DNA from: Tidjanibacter sp.
GTDB lineage: Bacteria > Bacteroidota > Bacteroidia > Bacteroidales > Rikenellaceae
Assembly (NCBI GenBank): GCA_045659085.1
Contig: JAZOWE010000006.1
Coordinates: 47,320-111,319 of the forward strand
DNA length: 64,000 bases
Reading direction: 5' to 3'
Part shown: positions 51,374 through 61,339 of the stretch, piece by piece
Layout of the letters: each line of letters opens with the position of its first letter
Numbering within the stretch: position 1 is the stretch's first letter
Notes under the pieces: model-generated
The model's input: the letters and a program-made list of their open reading frames with translations, nothing else
Told to the model about the DNA's origin: nothing
Database searches by the model: none
Position numbers and translations under genes: made by a program

Positions 51374-52109
51374 GGCGCAACCCTCCAAGTGGGATATGAG
51401 GGCTTTGGAGTTGGAGCGTGAGATTTACGCTGCAACCACCCCCGCGTGTCACAACTCGGCAGTGTTGGCCAAGTGCGAAGTGCGCAAACAGCAAGGACTC
51501 TACAAGGAGGCTCTGGCAGAACTCTCGCGTGTCTATACCTACGCACTCAGTGGAGAACAGACCACCGAGTACTACACCCAACGAGCCCTGTGTGGCTACC
51601 TTGCAGGGGAGTTCGACACCGCCCTTGCAACCATCGACGAGGCCGCCTTCTACATCCCGAGGAGTGAACTGCTCATTCTTGTGGAGGCTCTGGCAGCGGG
51701 CGAGAAAGGCGATTGGCAACGCTCCGAGAGGGCTGCCAAGGAGTACCTCGCACTCTACCCCGACGACACGCTGCGTACTGCAACCATCGAAGAACTCTAC
51801 CGCCATACCCCCTCGCTACGCAACCCCATGACGGCATATTGGCTCAGCCTACTTCCGGGCCTTGGGCAATTCTATGCTGGTGAGGTGTGGAGCGGTGTGG
51901 TGTCGCTCGTGGCCAACGGTCTGCTTGGAGGCTTTGCTGTTAGCGAGATGATTGTCGGTCAGTGGCTCAGCGGCTGGATTGTGGGCTGCGGACTGCTCGG
52001 CAACACCTATTTTGTCGGTCAGGAGCGTGCCCGCATCCTCACCGAACGCCGCAACCAACGACTCCTGCGCACCCACAACGACCTGCTGCGCGATGCGCTA
52101 CTCAACTAA
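51306..52109 (+). CDS. TPR protein with C-terminal TM2-like segment
   Basis: NPMTAYWLSLLPGLGQFYAG; start either TTG 51306 or ATG 51396. Confidence 0.65.
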   Translation: MKRLTARLLCTASIFLCATFSTKAQPSKWDMRALELEREIYAATTPACHNSAVLAKCEVRKQQGLYKEALAELSRVYTYALSGEQTTEYYTQRALCGYLAGEFDTALATIDEAAFYIPRSELLILVEALAAGEKGDWQRSERAAKEYLALYPDDTLRTATIEELYRHTPSLRNPMTAYWLSLLPGLGQFYAGEVWSGVVSLVANGLLGGFAVSEMIVGQWLSGWIVGCGLLGNTYFVGQERARILTERRNQRLLRTHNDLLRDALLN

Positions 52110-52325
52110 CCCCAAAGAAGACTCCCTGTGCAGTTTGCTTGACGCAAATGAGGAGGGAGTTTATCGCAGTGTAACACCTATTGCAAGAGTGGTTCCAAAG
52201 AAAGAAAATAGCATATATTGCAGAGGGATTTTTGTGCCAAAAGAAGGAGCGAGTCCGCAGCCTACTCTTCGTAGGTGAGGAACTCGCTCTCTGAATTTTG
52301 GTGCAAAAAGCACCTGCAAGATGTG
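52110..52325. repeat. TTTGC-N5-GCAAA repeat element in a convergent gap
   Basis: cagtttgcttgacgcaaatgagg plus TTTTTGTGCCAAA...GCGAGTCCGCAG module. Confidence 0.8.
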
Positions 52326-53873
52326 CTATTTTGCGTAGGCTACGGCACGAGTCTCGCGTATTACAGTAATCTTCACCTGACCGGGATAGGTCATCTCGTC
52401 CTGAATCTTCTTGGCGATGTCGTGGCTGAGCTGCTCGCTGTCGGCATCGGAAATCTTGTCGGCACCAACAATCACGCGCAGTTCGCGACCCGCCTGAATA
52501 GCGTAGGTTTTCATAACGCCGGGATACGAGAGGGCGATATCCTCCATCTCTTTGAGGCGTTTGATGTAGCTCTCAACAATCTCGCTACGAGCACCGGGGC
52601 GAGCGCCCGAAATGGCGTCGCACACCTGAACGATGGGGGCGATGAGCGAAGTCATCTCCATCTCCTCGTGGTGGCTACCTACGGCATTGCAAACCTCGGC
52701 TTTCTCTTTGTACTTCTCGCAGAGCTTCATACCGAGCATTGCGTGTGGCAATTCGGGCTCGTCATCGGGCACCTTGCCAATATCGTGCAACAGACCTGCA
52801 CGGCGTGCGTTCTTAACATTAAGGCCCAACTCTGCCGCCATAATACCACAGAGGTTTGCGGTCTCGCGAGCGTGCTGCAAGAGGTTCTGACCGTAGGAAG
52901 AACGGTACTTCATCTTACCGATAAGCCTTACAAGCTCGGGGTGCATATTGTGGATACCGAGGTCGATGGTTGTACGCTTACCCACCTCGGCAATCTCGTC
53001 CTCAATCTGTTTTTTAACCTTCGACACCACCTCCTCAATGCGTGCGGGGTGGATGCGACCGTCGGTTACGAGTTGGTGGAGTGCAAGGCGTGCAATCTCC
53101 CTGCGCACAGGGTCAAAGCCCGAGAGGATAATTGCGTCGGGGGTGTCGTCAACGATAATCTCCACACCTGTTGCAGCCTCCAAGGCGCGGATATTGCGGC
53201 CCTCGCGACCAATGATTCGGCCCTTAACCTCGTCGGAGTCGATGTTGAAGACGGTTACGGAGTTCTCGATGGCGGTCTCGGTTGCCACCCTCTGGATGGT
53301 CTGCACAACAATGCGTTTTGCCTCCTTGTTGGCGGTGAGTTTTGCCTCCTCGATGGTGTCGTTGATGTAGGTCTGAGCCTCCTGCTCCGCCTCTGCCTTC
53401 ATATTCTCCATCAGCACATTCTTCGCCTCCTCGGCGCTCATACCTCCAATCTGTTCGAGTTTGACATTCTGCTCGCGAATGATGCGCTCAACCTCCTCTT
53501 TGCGCCTATCGAGCGACGAGAGTTGGTTGTTGAGATTGTCTTTGAGTTTTTCGAGTTCGTTGTTCTTCTTGTCCAACTCACTGCGCTGCTGGTTGATGTT
53601 GTTCTCCTGCTGTTTGATACCCTGCTCGCGCTGGTTGAGTTTCTGGTTGCGCTCATTGACGGTGCGGTCGTGCTCCCTTTTGAGTTCGAGGAATTTCTCC
53701 TTGGCCTGCAACTCTTTCTCTTTGCGAATCATCTCGCCCTCGCTCTTGGCGGCGGCCAGAAGCGCCTCGCGACGCTTCGCTACGGTTGTTTTGGTTATCG
53801 CATTCGACACCACAATGTAGACTCCGATGCCCACACTTGCCGAGATAACCGATGCTAATACTATTGTTATCAT
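52326..53873 (-). CDS. rny: ribonuclease Y
   Basis: N-terminal TM, coiled coil, KH ([13 protein letters not shown]), HD (LLHDIGK). Confidence 0.99.
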   Translation of the reverse strand: MITIVLASVISASVGIGVYIVVSNAITKTTVAKRREALLAAAKSEGEMIRKEKELQAKEKFLELKREHDRTVNERNQKLNQREQGIKQQENNINQQRSELDKKNNELEKLKDNLNNQLSSLDRRKEEVERIIREQNVKLEQIGGMSAEEAKNVLMENMKAEAEQEAQTYINDTIEEAKLTANKEAKRIVVQTIQRVATETAIENSVTVFNIDSDEVKGRIIGREGRNIRALEAATGVEIIVDDTPDAIILSGFDPVRREIARLALHQLVTDGRIHPARIEEVVSKVKKQIEDEIAEVGKRTTIDLGIHNMHPELVRLIGKMKYRSSYGQNLLQHARETANLCGIMAAELGLNVKNARRAGLLHDIGKVPDDEPELPHAMLGMKLCEKYKEKAEVCNAVGSHHEEMEMTSLIAPIVQVCDAISGARPGARSEIVESYIKRLKEMEDIALSYPGVMKTYAIQAGRELRVIVGADKISDADSEQLSHDIAKKIQDEMTYPGQVKITVIRETRAVAYAK

Positions 53874-53947
53874 AACTTACCTGTTTACTGTGTTAAAATG
53901 TTATTATCGTTAGTTAATTATGGTTGTTTCTTTTAATAAAAAAATAA

Positions 53948-54156
53948 CCCACATAGAATTCCAAGAAATGTTTGACGAAACTACCGAATCGTCATAGGTG
54001 AGAGCTCCGTATTTGCATCGCAAACCTCTAACGGCACCGCCGAAGCAGCACTCCCCTTTGCAAAGAAGGGTTACCTAAGCCTGTTTTTGATACTACGAGT
54101 CACTCTCAATTTTTTAAGTGTTGAGTTTCGCAAATCTGTGTTGGAATCTATGCGGG
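53948..54156 (-). ncRNA. ssrS: probable 6S RNA
   Basis: Complementary ends cccacatagaattccaa / ttggaatctatgcggg; about 200 nt; established zapA-6S-rny synteny. Confidence 0.7.
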
Positions 54157-54243
54157 CAAAATTGTCTTTATTCCTATGTTTAAGAACCTGTTGTGTGGAT
54201 TTTATCTGTAGGCATCCACACTCGCCACTGCTTGTTCAAGGCT

Positions 54244-54534
54244 CTATTTGAGTTTTGCCAAGTGAGCTTCGAGCATACGGTCGAGGCGGGTAAGCTCCGC
54301 CATATCGTCGTCCAAACTTCGAGCCGTAGTCTGCTGCACCTTACCGAGTGCGAGCAAAAGTGCGGCATACGACAGCACCCCTTCGTCGTCGAGTTCAAAC
54401 GCCGATTTGATTTTGGAAATCATCTCGTTGGTCTCCCTCTCTGCCTTGCGGTACAACTCTTCCTGTGCGCGGTCGATAGTAAAGGGATACTTGCGCCCCG
54501 CAACCGTAAGGTGTATTTTCAGTGGTTCTGCCAT
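54244..54534 (-). CDS. zapA: cell division protein ZapA
   Basis: IHLTVAGRKYPFTI..EELYRKA. Confidence 0.88.
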   Translation of the reverse strand: MAEPLKIHLTVAGRKYPFTIDRAQEELYRKAERETNEMISKIKSAFELDDEGVLSYAALLLALGKVQQTTARSLDDDMAELTRLDRMLEAHLAKLK

Positions 54535-54574
54535 TTAGTCTTCAAAAAAATAATCTTCTCGTACAGCCAAATAT

Positions 54575-54871
54575 CTACTTGTTCATAAGAGCAATACACT
54601 TGTCAATCTCCCGCATAAGACGATTGATTTGCGCTCTTGCCCTCTTGCGCGAGGCCTCATCCGAGCCGCCTCCGCCAAGTCCTTCGCCGAGAGATTGCAG
54701 CGCTGCCTTACGCTCGGTAGCATCCAACTTCTCGCGCAGAGTGCGATTCTCGCTCCTGAGGCGTGCGAGGTCTGCCTCTGCCGACGCACACTGACGCTCC
54801 AAGCGAGTGTTCTCTTCAATCACTCTCGCCACCTTCTCTGCCAGTGCACCCACGATTTGTTGTTTTGCCAT
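54575..54871 (-). CDS. coiled-coil protein (ZapB-like)
   Basis: Heptad pattern, C-terminal INRLMREIDKCIALMN, upstream of zapA. Confidence 0.7.
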   Translation of the reverse strand: MAKQQIVGALAEKVARVIEENTRLERQCASAEADLARLRSENRTLREKLDATERKAALQSLGEGLGGGGSDEASRKRARAQINRLMREIDKCIALMNK

Positions 54872-54918
54872 CTTCTCGGTCTGTTGTTATTTTATGGTGT
54901 TACACACCTAACCAATTA

Positions 54919-54926
54919 CAAAGTTA
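54919..54926 (-). promoter_or_regulatory. -7 element of the zapB-like/zapA operon
   Basis: TAACTTTG on -. Confidence 0.6.
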
Positions 54927-54934
54927 CGAAGAAA

Positions 54935-55065
54935 AATTGAAAGTTGAAAATGGAAAATGGAAAATTAAAATTTGCCGAGCACTCGGCACAAAAAAAATGC
55001 GGTCGCAACACATTGCAACCGCACCATAATTTTCAATTTTTAATTTTCCATTTTCAATTCTCCAT
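54935..55065. repeat. MITE-like element with GAAAAT(G/T) inverted arms
   Basis: Arms gaaaatggaaaattaaaatt / aatttttaattttccattttc enclosing two small hairpins; overlaps the rimO 3' end. Confidence 0.75.
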
Positions 55066-56359
55066 AGAGGTCATACTCGTCGTAGTCCGTCACTCGGATA
55101 TCGACCATGGAGCCTATTTCGAGAGGTGTGGTGGTGGGAATAAGAATCTCCTCGTCCACCTCGGGGCTGTCGTACTGTGAGCGTGCAATATAAAAATCGC
55201 CCTCCACACGGTCCACAATAACCCTCATATCCTTGCCAACCCTCTCGCTGTTGAGTGCAAGCGAGATGCGTTTCTGAATACCCATAAGTCTTTCTACCCT
55301 CGCCTCCTTAACCTCGTCGGGAACATCATCAGTCAGGTGGAGTGCCGAAGGGGTACCCTCCTCCTCGGAGTAGGCAAAGGCTCCGAGCCTATCAAATCTA
55401 ACCCTCTGTACAAAGTCACAAAGCTCCTCAAAGTCCTCGTCGGTTTCGCCGGGGAAGCCCACAAGCATTGTTGTGCGCAGAGCAATATCGGGAATTTCGC
55501 GCCTAAGGCGTGCCACGAGCTCCTCGGTTTCGGCCTTGGTGATACGACGACGCATTGCTTTGAGCTGATTATCGGCAATATGTTGGAGAGGAATGTCGAG
55601 GTATTTACACATCTTGGGCTCGTCCCTGAGAACCTCGATAACATCCTGTGGGAAGTCGGTGGGATAGGCGTAGTGCAACCTTACCCACTCCACGCCCTCA
55701 ATGGCACACAACCTGCGCAGCAACTCTGCCAACTTACGCTCGCCATAGAGGTCTTTGCCGTAGTAGGTGGTATCTTGTGCAATGACAATAATTTCCTTAA
55801 CACCCACGGCTACAAGACCTTCGGCCTCCTCCAACACTTTCTCCATAGGCACACTGCGGTGACTTCCGCGAATGAGCGGAATGGCGCAATATGCACAGTG
55901 CCAATTACAACCCTCGCCAATTTTCAGGTAGGCGTAGTGGTCGGGGGTCGTCAGCAGACGGTCGGTTTCGAGTTCGGGGAGATACTCTGCATCCAGAGCC
56001 TCCACAACCTCCTTCAAGCTGCGGGCACCGAAATAATCATCCACTTCGGGTATCTCCTCCCTGAGTTCGTCGGCATACCTCTCGCTAAGGCAGCCCATAA
56101 CAAAGAGCCTTTCGATGCGTCCCTCGGCCTTGGCCTCGGCACACTCCAAGATGGTCTGAATGGCCTCCTCCTTGGCGTCGCCAATGAAGCCACAGGTGTT
56201 GATAACCACAATCTTGGCGTCGTCCGTAGAGTTGGAATCGGTAACAATCTCATAGCCCGCCTCGTCGAGCTGCGCCATAAGGTGCTCGCTATCCACAAGG
56301 TTTTTGGAGCAACCAAGAGTTATGACATTGATTTTCTGCTTTGTACTCATAGCGCTCAT
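55040..56359 (-). CDS. rimO: ribosomal protein S12 methylthiotransferase RimO
   Basis: LGCSKNLVDSE, CGFI, CNWHCAYC radical SAM motif, TRAM domain. Confidence 0.97.
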   Translation of the reverse strand: MSAMSTKQKINVITLGCSKNLVDSEHLMAQLDEAGYEIVTDSNSTDDAKIVVINTCGFIGDAKEEAIQTILECAEAKAEGRIERLFVMGCLSERYADELREEIPEVDDYFGARSLKEVVEALDAEYLPELETDRLLTTPDHYAYLKIGEGCNWHCAYCAIPLIRGSHRSVPMEKVLEEAEGLVAVGVKEIIVIAQDTTYYGKDLYGERKLAELLRRLCAIEGVEWVRLHYAYPTDFPQDVIEVLRDEPKMCKYLDIPLQHIADNQLKAMRRRITKAETEELVARLRREIPDIALRTTMLVGFPGETDEDFEELCDFVQRVRFDRLGAFAYSEEEGTPSALHLTDDVPDEVKEARVERLMGIQKRISLALNSERVGKDMRVIVDRVEGDFYIARSQYDSPEVDEEILIPTTTPLEIGSMVDIRVTDYDEYDLYGELKMEN

Positions 56360-56360
56360 C

Positions 56361-57377
56361 CTATTTTTTGCCAAAAAGGGCGTTTACATATTCGTTGCGG
56401 TCAAAGACTTTCAGCTGGTCAACACCCTCTCCCACGCCAATATAGTGCACAGGGATGGAGAATTGGTCGCTGATACCAATCACAACACCGCCCTTTGCCG
56501 TACCATCCAACTTGGTGATGGCAAGCGAATTAACCTTTGTTGCGGCCGTAAATTGGCGAGCCTGCTCAAAGGCGTTCTGTCCCGTCGAGCCGTCGAGTAC
56601 GAGCATAACCTCGTGGGGAGCATCGGGGATGATTTTCGCCATAACATTGCGTATTTTCGAGAGCTCGTTCATCAGTCCCACCTTGTTGTGAAGTCTGCCT
56701 GCCGTATCAATCAGCACCACATCTGCGCCGTTTGCCACAGCCGACTTCAAGGTATCGAAAGCCACCGAAGCCGGATCGGAGCCCATATCCTGACGAATCA
56801 TCGTGGCCCCCGCCCTGTCGGCCCACACCTGCAATTGGTCGATGGCGGCGGCGCGGAAAGTATCGGCAGCACCGATATAGACCTTCTTGCCTGCCTTGCG
56901 AAGTTGGGCTGCGAGTTTACCGATAGTGGTGGTCTTACCTGCACCATTAACACCCACAACCATAACAACATAGGGCACACCCTCTGTGATGTTCAGGCCA
57001 AAATTCTCACTCTTCTCCTCGCACTCCTGCAAGAGGGCCGAAATCTCCTCGCGCAGGATGTCGTTGAGTTCGGCAGTGTTCATATACTTATCCCTCGCAA
57101 CTCGTGCTTCGAGGTTTTTGATGATTTTAACCGTTGTCTCTACGCCCACATCGGAGGTGATGAGCACCTCTTCCAACTCGTCCAAAAACTCCTCGTCGAC
57201 CTGCGCACGGCCTGCCACCGCGCGAGCCAACTTGCCAAAGAAACCCTCTTTGGTCTTACGAAGTCCCTCCTCGACCTCCTCTTGTTGAGTCATTTGGGGC
57301 TGCTCGGTGGAGGGCAACTGCTCTACACTTTCGGTAGCGTCGCTCTTCTTTCGCTTAAAAATATCAAATAGTGCCAT
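56361..57377 (-). CDS. ftsY: SRP receptor FtsY
   Basis: GVNGAGKTTT, DTFRAAA, DTAGRL, TKLDGTAKGG. Confidence 0.98.
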   Translation of the reverse strand: MALFDIFKRKKSDATESVEQLPSTEQPQMTQQEEVEEGLRKTKEGFFGKLARAVAGRAQVDEEFLDELEEVLITSDVGVETTVKIIKNLEARVARDKYMNTAELNDILREEISALLQECEEKSENFGLNITEGVPYVVMVVGVNGAGKTTTIGKLAAQLRKAGKKVYIGAADTFRAAAIDQLQVWADRAGATMIRQDMGSDPASVAFDTLKSAVANGADVVLIDTAGRLHNKVGLMNELSKIRNVMAKIIPDAPHEVMLVLDGSTGQNAFEQARQFTAATKVNSLAITKLDGTAKGGVVIGISDQFSIPVHYIGVGEGVDQLKVFDRNEYVNALFGKK

Positions 57378-57414
57378 AATTTTTCAATTGTCGTTTTTCA
57401 ATTCGACAAAAATA

Positions 57415-58296
57415 CTATCTATTTTTGAATTTTCGCACAATGGGTGTCCCTGCGAACAATTTTTCACCCTCTTCGGGCGAGAGTTTTGCCCAAAAGTTGC
57501 TATCGTAGTCGGTGGGGGTGACCTTGGGGGCAAAGAGCGGATTGCGGAAAAGGGGTGCAGTCGCGTTATGCGGACAACAGGTCTGGCACTCGTCGCAACC
57601 AAACACCCAACCTCGGGTATCGAAGGGCTCTTCGGCACTCTTTTCGATGGTGCGATTGGATATGCACAGGGCTGTTTTTATGGTACGATTGGGGGCAATT
57701 GCTCCCGTTGGGCATCGTAGCAAACACTTGCCACAGCCCACACATCCGTCGCCCTCGAAGGGTTTGCTATACTCGTCGCACTCGTCGGGGAGAATGAGCG
57801 CACCAAGCACCATAAATGAGCCAAGCGACGGGCTTATAATGAGCGAGTTACGCCCCTGCCAACCTATGCCAGCAAGCCGTGCAAGGCTCTTTTCGGCAAG
57901 CGGAACACTATCGACACACACTTTTACACTCTTGGGATTGGTAAAACCCAGCCCGAGAGCCACCCGTCGGAGCATATCTCGTAGCGTGGTATGGTAGTCG
58001 TCGGAGAGTGCATAGGAGGCTACACGGGCGTCAAAATCGGGCTCATAGCCCTCCGAGAAGCGGTTTTTGTAGCTCACAGCACCCACAACGACACTCTTGG
58101 CGCCCGGCAATAGCAACCTCGCATCAAACCTCTTGTCCACATTGCGCACAAGATAGTCGAGTCGATAGGCACCGCCACCCGCCAACCACTCACCAAAATG
58201 GGCTTTGGCATCGGAGAGTTCTGTGGCTCGCACCACACCCCACGCATCGAAACCAACGGAGGCCATTTGCTCGGATATTTTTTTGACATTGAGCAT
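57415..58296 (-). CDS. queG: epoxyqueuosine reductase
   Basis: YALSDDYH, CVGCGKCLLRCPT, WVFGCDECQTCCP. Confidence 0.92.
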   Translation of the reverse strand: MLNVKKISEQMASVGFDAWGVVRATELSDAKAHFGEWLAGGGAYRLDYLVRNVDKRFDARLLLPGAKSVVVGAVSYKNRFSEGYEPDFDARVASYALSDDYHTTLRDMLRRVALGLGFTNPKSVKVCVDSVPLAEKSLARLAGIGWQGRNSLIISPSLGSFMVLGALILPDECDEYSKPFEGDGCVGCGKCLLRCPTGAIAPNRTIKTALCISNRTIEKSAEEPFDTRGWVFGCDECQTCCPHNATAPLFRNPLFAPKVTPTDYDSNFWAKLSPEEGEKLFAGTPIVRKFKNR

Positions 58297-58383
58297 CCCA
58301 AATTCGAGGTTAAAGTGAGTTTGTCATTTGTGTTTTAATTTTACTTTTGTGCGCTATTTTGAAAAAACTTACAAAAAAAATTC

Positions 58384-58391
58384 TACCTTTG
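58384..58391 (+). promoter_or_regulatory. -7 element
   Basis: TACCTTTG upstream of the acyl-CoA ligase. Confidence 0.6.
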
Positions 58392-58435
58392 TATTTATAC
58401 ACCGACCAAAGGTAACAAAAATTTTACAAAAACGC

Positions 58436-60043
58436 ATGGAATACAGAACTCTCAAACAGATATTTACCAATAGTGTAAAGAAGTTCTCGAAACTCCCCGC
58501 ACTCTCGATGTTCGAGCGCGAGAGCATGACCTATGGCGAACTCGGCGAGAGGGTTGCTTATGTTAGCGACCTGCTGAGGGGTGCCGGTCTGGGCGCAGGC
58601 GACAAGGTTGTGCTTTTGAGCAGCAGTATGCCCAACTGGGGCGTTTGCTACTTTGCAGCCGTAAATGCGGGTATGGTCATCGTACCCATTATGCCCGAGT
58701 TTTCGAGCGCCGAACTCGATATGCTCATTGCCCACTCCGAGGCCAAAGCACTCTGTGTGAGCGACAAACTCTACACCAAACTCTCCGAGGAGACAATCAG
58801 CAGGATGAATATCGTCATCCGCACCAAAAACCTCGCAGTTTTGAGCCAAACCTGCACCGACCATACCGAGCCCGTTGAGCCCAAGCCCGAAGATTTGGCA
58901 GCCATCATCTACACCTCGGGAACAACCTCTGCTCCCAAAGGCGTAATGCTCACCCACAAGGCTCTGGCTACTCAGGTGGAGATTTGCTACACCATGCAGA
59001 ATGTTGACGAGGATGACATCTTCCTCTCCATTCTCCCCTTGGCCCACACCTACGAGTGCTCGCTCGGTCTGCTGTTGCCCATCAGCCACGGCTCACAGGT
59101 GGTCTATATGGACCGCCCACCCACGGCTTCGGCACTGATGCCCGCATTCAAGAGCGTGCGCCCCACCATCATCCTCTCCGTACCCCTGATTATGGAAAAG
59201 ATTTTCCGCAGCCAGGTGAAGTCGAAATTCACCAAGAGCAAAGCGATGTCGGCCCTCTACTCGGTGGGCATCATCCGCAAATTCTTCCACTCCATTGCGG
59301 GCAAGAGGCTCAAAAAGGTATTTGGTGGCAGGGTTCGCTTCTTTGGCATTGGTGGCGCAAAGGTGGAGCGCGAGACCGAACGCTTTATGCGCGAAGCGAA
59401 GTTCCCCTACGCCATTGGCTATGGACTGACCGAGACCGCCCCTCTGTTGTTTGGCTCGGCACCCGCCGACACCCGTTTGCAGGCCGTAGGCTTGGCGGGC
59501 AAGTATGTAGAGGGTAAACTCATCGATGTAAACCCCGAAACGGGCGAGGGCGAGTTGGTTGTAAAGACTCCCTGCATTATGGAGGGCTATTACAAAAACC
59601 CCGAGGCTACTCGCGAAGCATTCACCGAGGATGGTTGGTTCCGCACCAAAGACCTCTGCATCTTCGACGAGAAGGGTTATCTTGTAATTAAAGGTAGGGC
59701 TAACAATATGATTGTAGGCTCGACGGGCGAGAATATCTACCCCGAAGAGATAGAAAGCGTTATCAACACCCATAGATTAGTAACCGAGTCGATTGTTGTG
59801 GCCGATGGCGGTTCGCTGGTAGCGTTGGTAACGCTCGATAAAGAGAAACTCGAAGAGGCACTCTCGGATTTCAAAGACAATGTACACATCAAGTACGAGG
59901 AGCTCATGAAGGAGATTCGTGAGTATGTGAACGCCCGTGTTGCCAAATTCGCCCGCGTATCGAAAATCGAGGAGCAGAAGGATGGTTTCGAGAAAACCCC
60001 CTCGATGAAGATTAAGCGTTTTCTCTACAAGAGGGACAAATAG
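58436..60043 (+). CDS. long-chain fatty acid-CoA ligase (AMP-binding)
   Basis: YTSGTTSAPKG, GYGLTE, GWFRTKD. Confidence 0.92.
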   Translation: MEYRTLKQIFTNSVKKFSKLPALSMFERESMTYGELGERVAYVSDLLRGAGLGAGDKVVLLSSSMPNWGVCYFAAVNAGMVIVPIMPEFSSAELDMLIAHSEAKALCVSDKLYTKLSEETISRMNIVIRTKNLAVLSQTCTDHTEPVEPKPEDLAAIIYTSGTTSAPKGVMLTHKALATQVEICYTMQNVDEDDIFLSILPLAHTYECSLGLLLPISHGSQVVYMDRPPTASALMPAFKSVRPTIILSVPLIMEKIFRSQVKSKFTKSKAMSALYSVGIIRKFFHSIAGKRLKKVFGGRVRFFGIGGAKVERETERFMREAKFPYAIGYGLTETAPLLFGSAPADTRLQAVGLAGKYVEGKLIDVNPETGEGELVVKTPCIMEGYYKNPEATREAFTEDGWFRTKDLCIFDEKGYLVIKGRANNMIVGSTGENIYPEEIESVINTHRLVTESIVVADGGSLVALVTLDKEKLEEALSDFKDNVHIKYEELMKEIREYVNARVAKFARVSKIEEQKDGFEKTPSMKIKRFLYKRDK

Positions 60044-60053
60044 ACCATTTGGC

Positions 60054-60098
60054 CCACACAAAAAAGGAGCATCTTTCGAGATGCTCCTTTTTTGTGTG
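60054..60098. terminator. bidirectional terminator
   Basis: cacacaaaaaaggagcatct-ttcg-agatgctccttttttgtgtg. Confidence 0.9.
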
Positions 60099-60144
60099 TC
60101 TAAGGTCTAAGGCCAATAGTCCTAAGTCAAAATTATTCTCTGTT

Positions 60145-60295
60145 TGTTCGTGGGTATCTTTTTTAATACCCGTGAACAAGGGGCGAGGACAAAACAAGGG
60201 GAGCAGGAATGACAAGAGTGACAAGAGAAACAGGAGTCTCTGTTATTCCTGTTATTCCTGTCACTCTTGTCTTTCTTCTCGGGCGCCCCGCAAGG
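60145..60295. repeat. GGGTATC palindrome, inverted 9-mer arms and CGGGCGCCCCGC
   Basis: Same module order as 1395-1585 and 20055-20275. Confidence 0.85.
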
Positions 60296-60303
60296 CACAC
60301 TCG

Positions 60304-61299
60304 CTACAAGAACAATTTCTCGGCAATCTGCACCGCATTAAGCGCCGCACCCTTGCGTATCTGGTCGGCAACACACCAGAAAGTCAGTCCCTTGGGGTTA
60401 GCGATATCCTTGCGGATACGACCAACAAATACGGGAGTTGTTTCGGCAACAAAGAGGGGCATAGGGTACTTCTTCTCGGCAGGAACATCCTCCACAACAA
60501 TACCCTCGGCACCCCTGAAAGCCTCCAAAGCCTCCTCGACCGACACCTCGCGCTCGAACTCCACCCAGATAGCCTCCGAGTGGGCACGAGCCACAGGCAC
60601 GCGCACACAAGTGGCACTCACGGCAATGTCGGAGTGCATAATCTTCTGTGTCTCGTAGTACATTTTCAGCTCCTCTTTGGTGTAGTCTTCCTCCGCAAAG
60701 ACATCGATATGGGGGATGACATTGCCGGCAATCTGGTAGGCGAATTTATTGACCGTCGTAGGCTTACCCTCGGCAATCTCGCGATACTGATTCTCCAACT
60801 CGGCAATACCCATAGCACCCGCACCACTTGCAGCCTGATAGGTGGCCACATGCACACGCGAGATGTGGGCAATCTTCTCCAAAGCCGCAAGAGCCACAAC
60901 CATCTGAATGGTCGAGCAGTTGGGGTTGGCGATAACATTGCGTGGAGTGTTACGCGCATCCTCGGGGTTTACCTCGGGCACCACAAGGGGTACATCCTTG
61001 TCCATACGGAAAGCACTCGAATTGTCAATCATAATGGTGCCGTGTTTGGTAATGGTCTTCTCAAACTCTTTGGAGGTGCCACCGCCTGCCGACACAAAGG
61101 CTACATCAATACCCTTGAAGTCGTCGTTGTGCTGCAACAACTTCACGATATACTCTTTGCCCTTGAAAGTGTAAGTCGTTCCTGCACTGCGCTCACTACC
61201 AAAGAGGTAGAGATTGTCAATGGGAAACTCCCTCTCGGCAAGTATCCTCAAAAACTCCTGTCCTACGGCGCCACTTGCGCCAACAATAGCTACATTCAT
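60304..61299 (-). CDS. asd: aspartate-semialdehyde dehydrogenase
   Basis: [37 protein letters not shown]. Confidence 0.99.
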   Translation of the reverse strand: MNVAIVGASGAVGQEFLRILAEREFPIDNLYLFGSERSAGTTYTFKGKEYIVKLLQHNDDFKGIDVAFVSAGGGTSKEFEKTITKHGTIMIDNSSAFRMDKDVPLVVPEVNPEDARNTPRNVIANPNCSTIQMVVALAALEKIAHISRVHVATYQAASGAGAMGIAELENQYREIAEGKPTTVNKFAYQIAGNVIPHIDVFAEEDYTKEELKMYYETQKIMHSDIAVSATCVRVPVARAHSEAIWVEFEREVSVEEALEAFRGAEGIVVEDVPAEKKYPMPLFVAETTPVFVGRIRKDIANPKGLTFWCVADQIRKGAALNAVQIAEKLFL

Positions 61300-61339
61300 A
61301 TCTTTCTCTTTTTTTAGTTATTTTCCTTTTTTTATTCGC

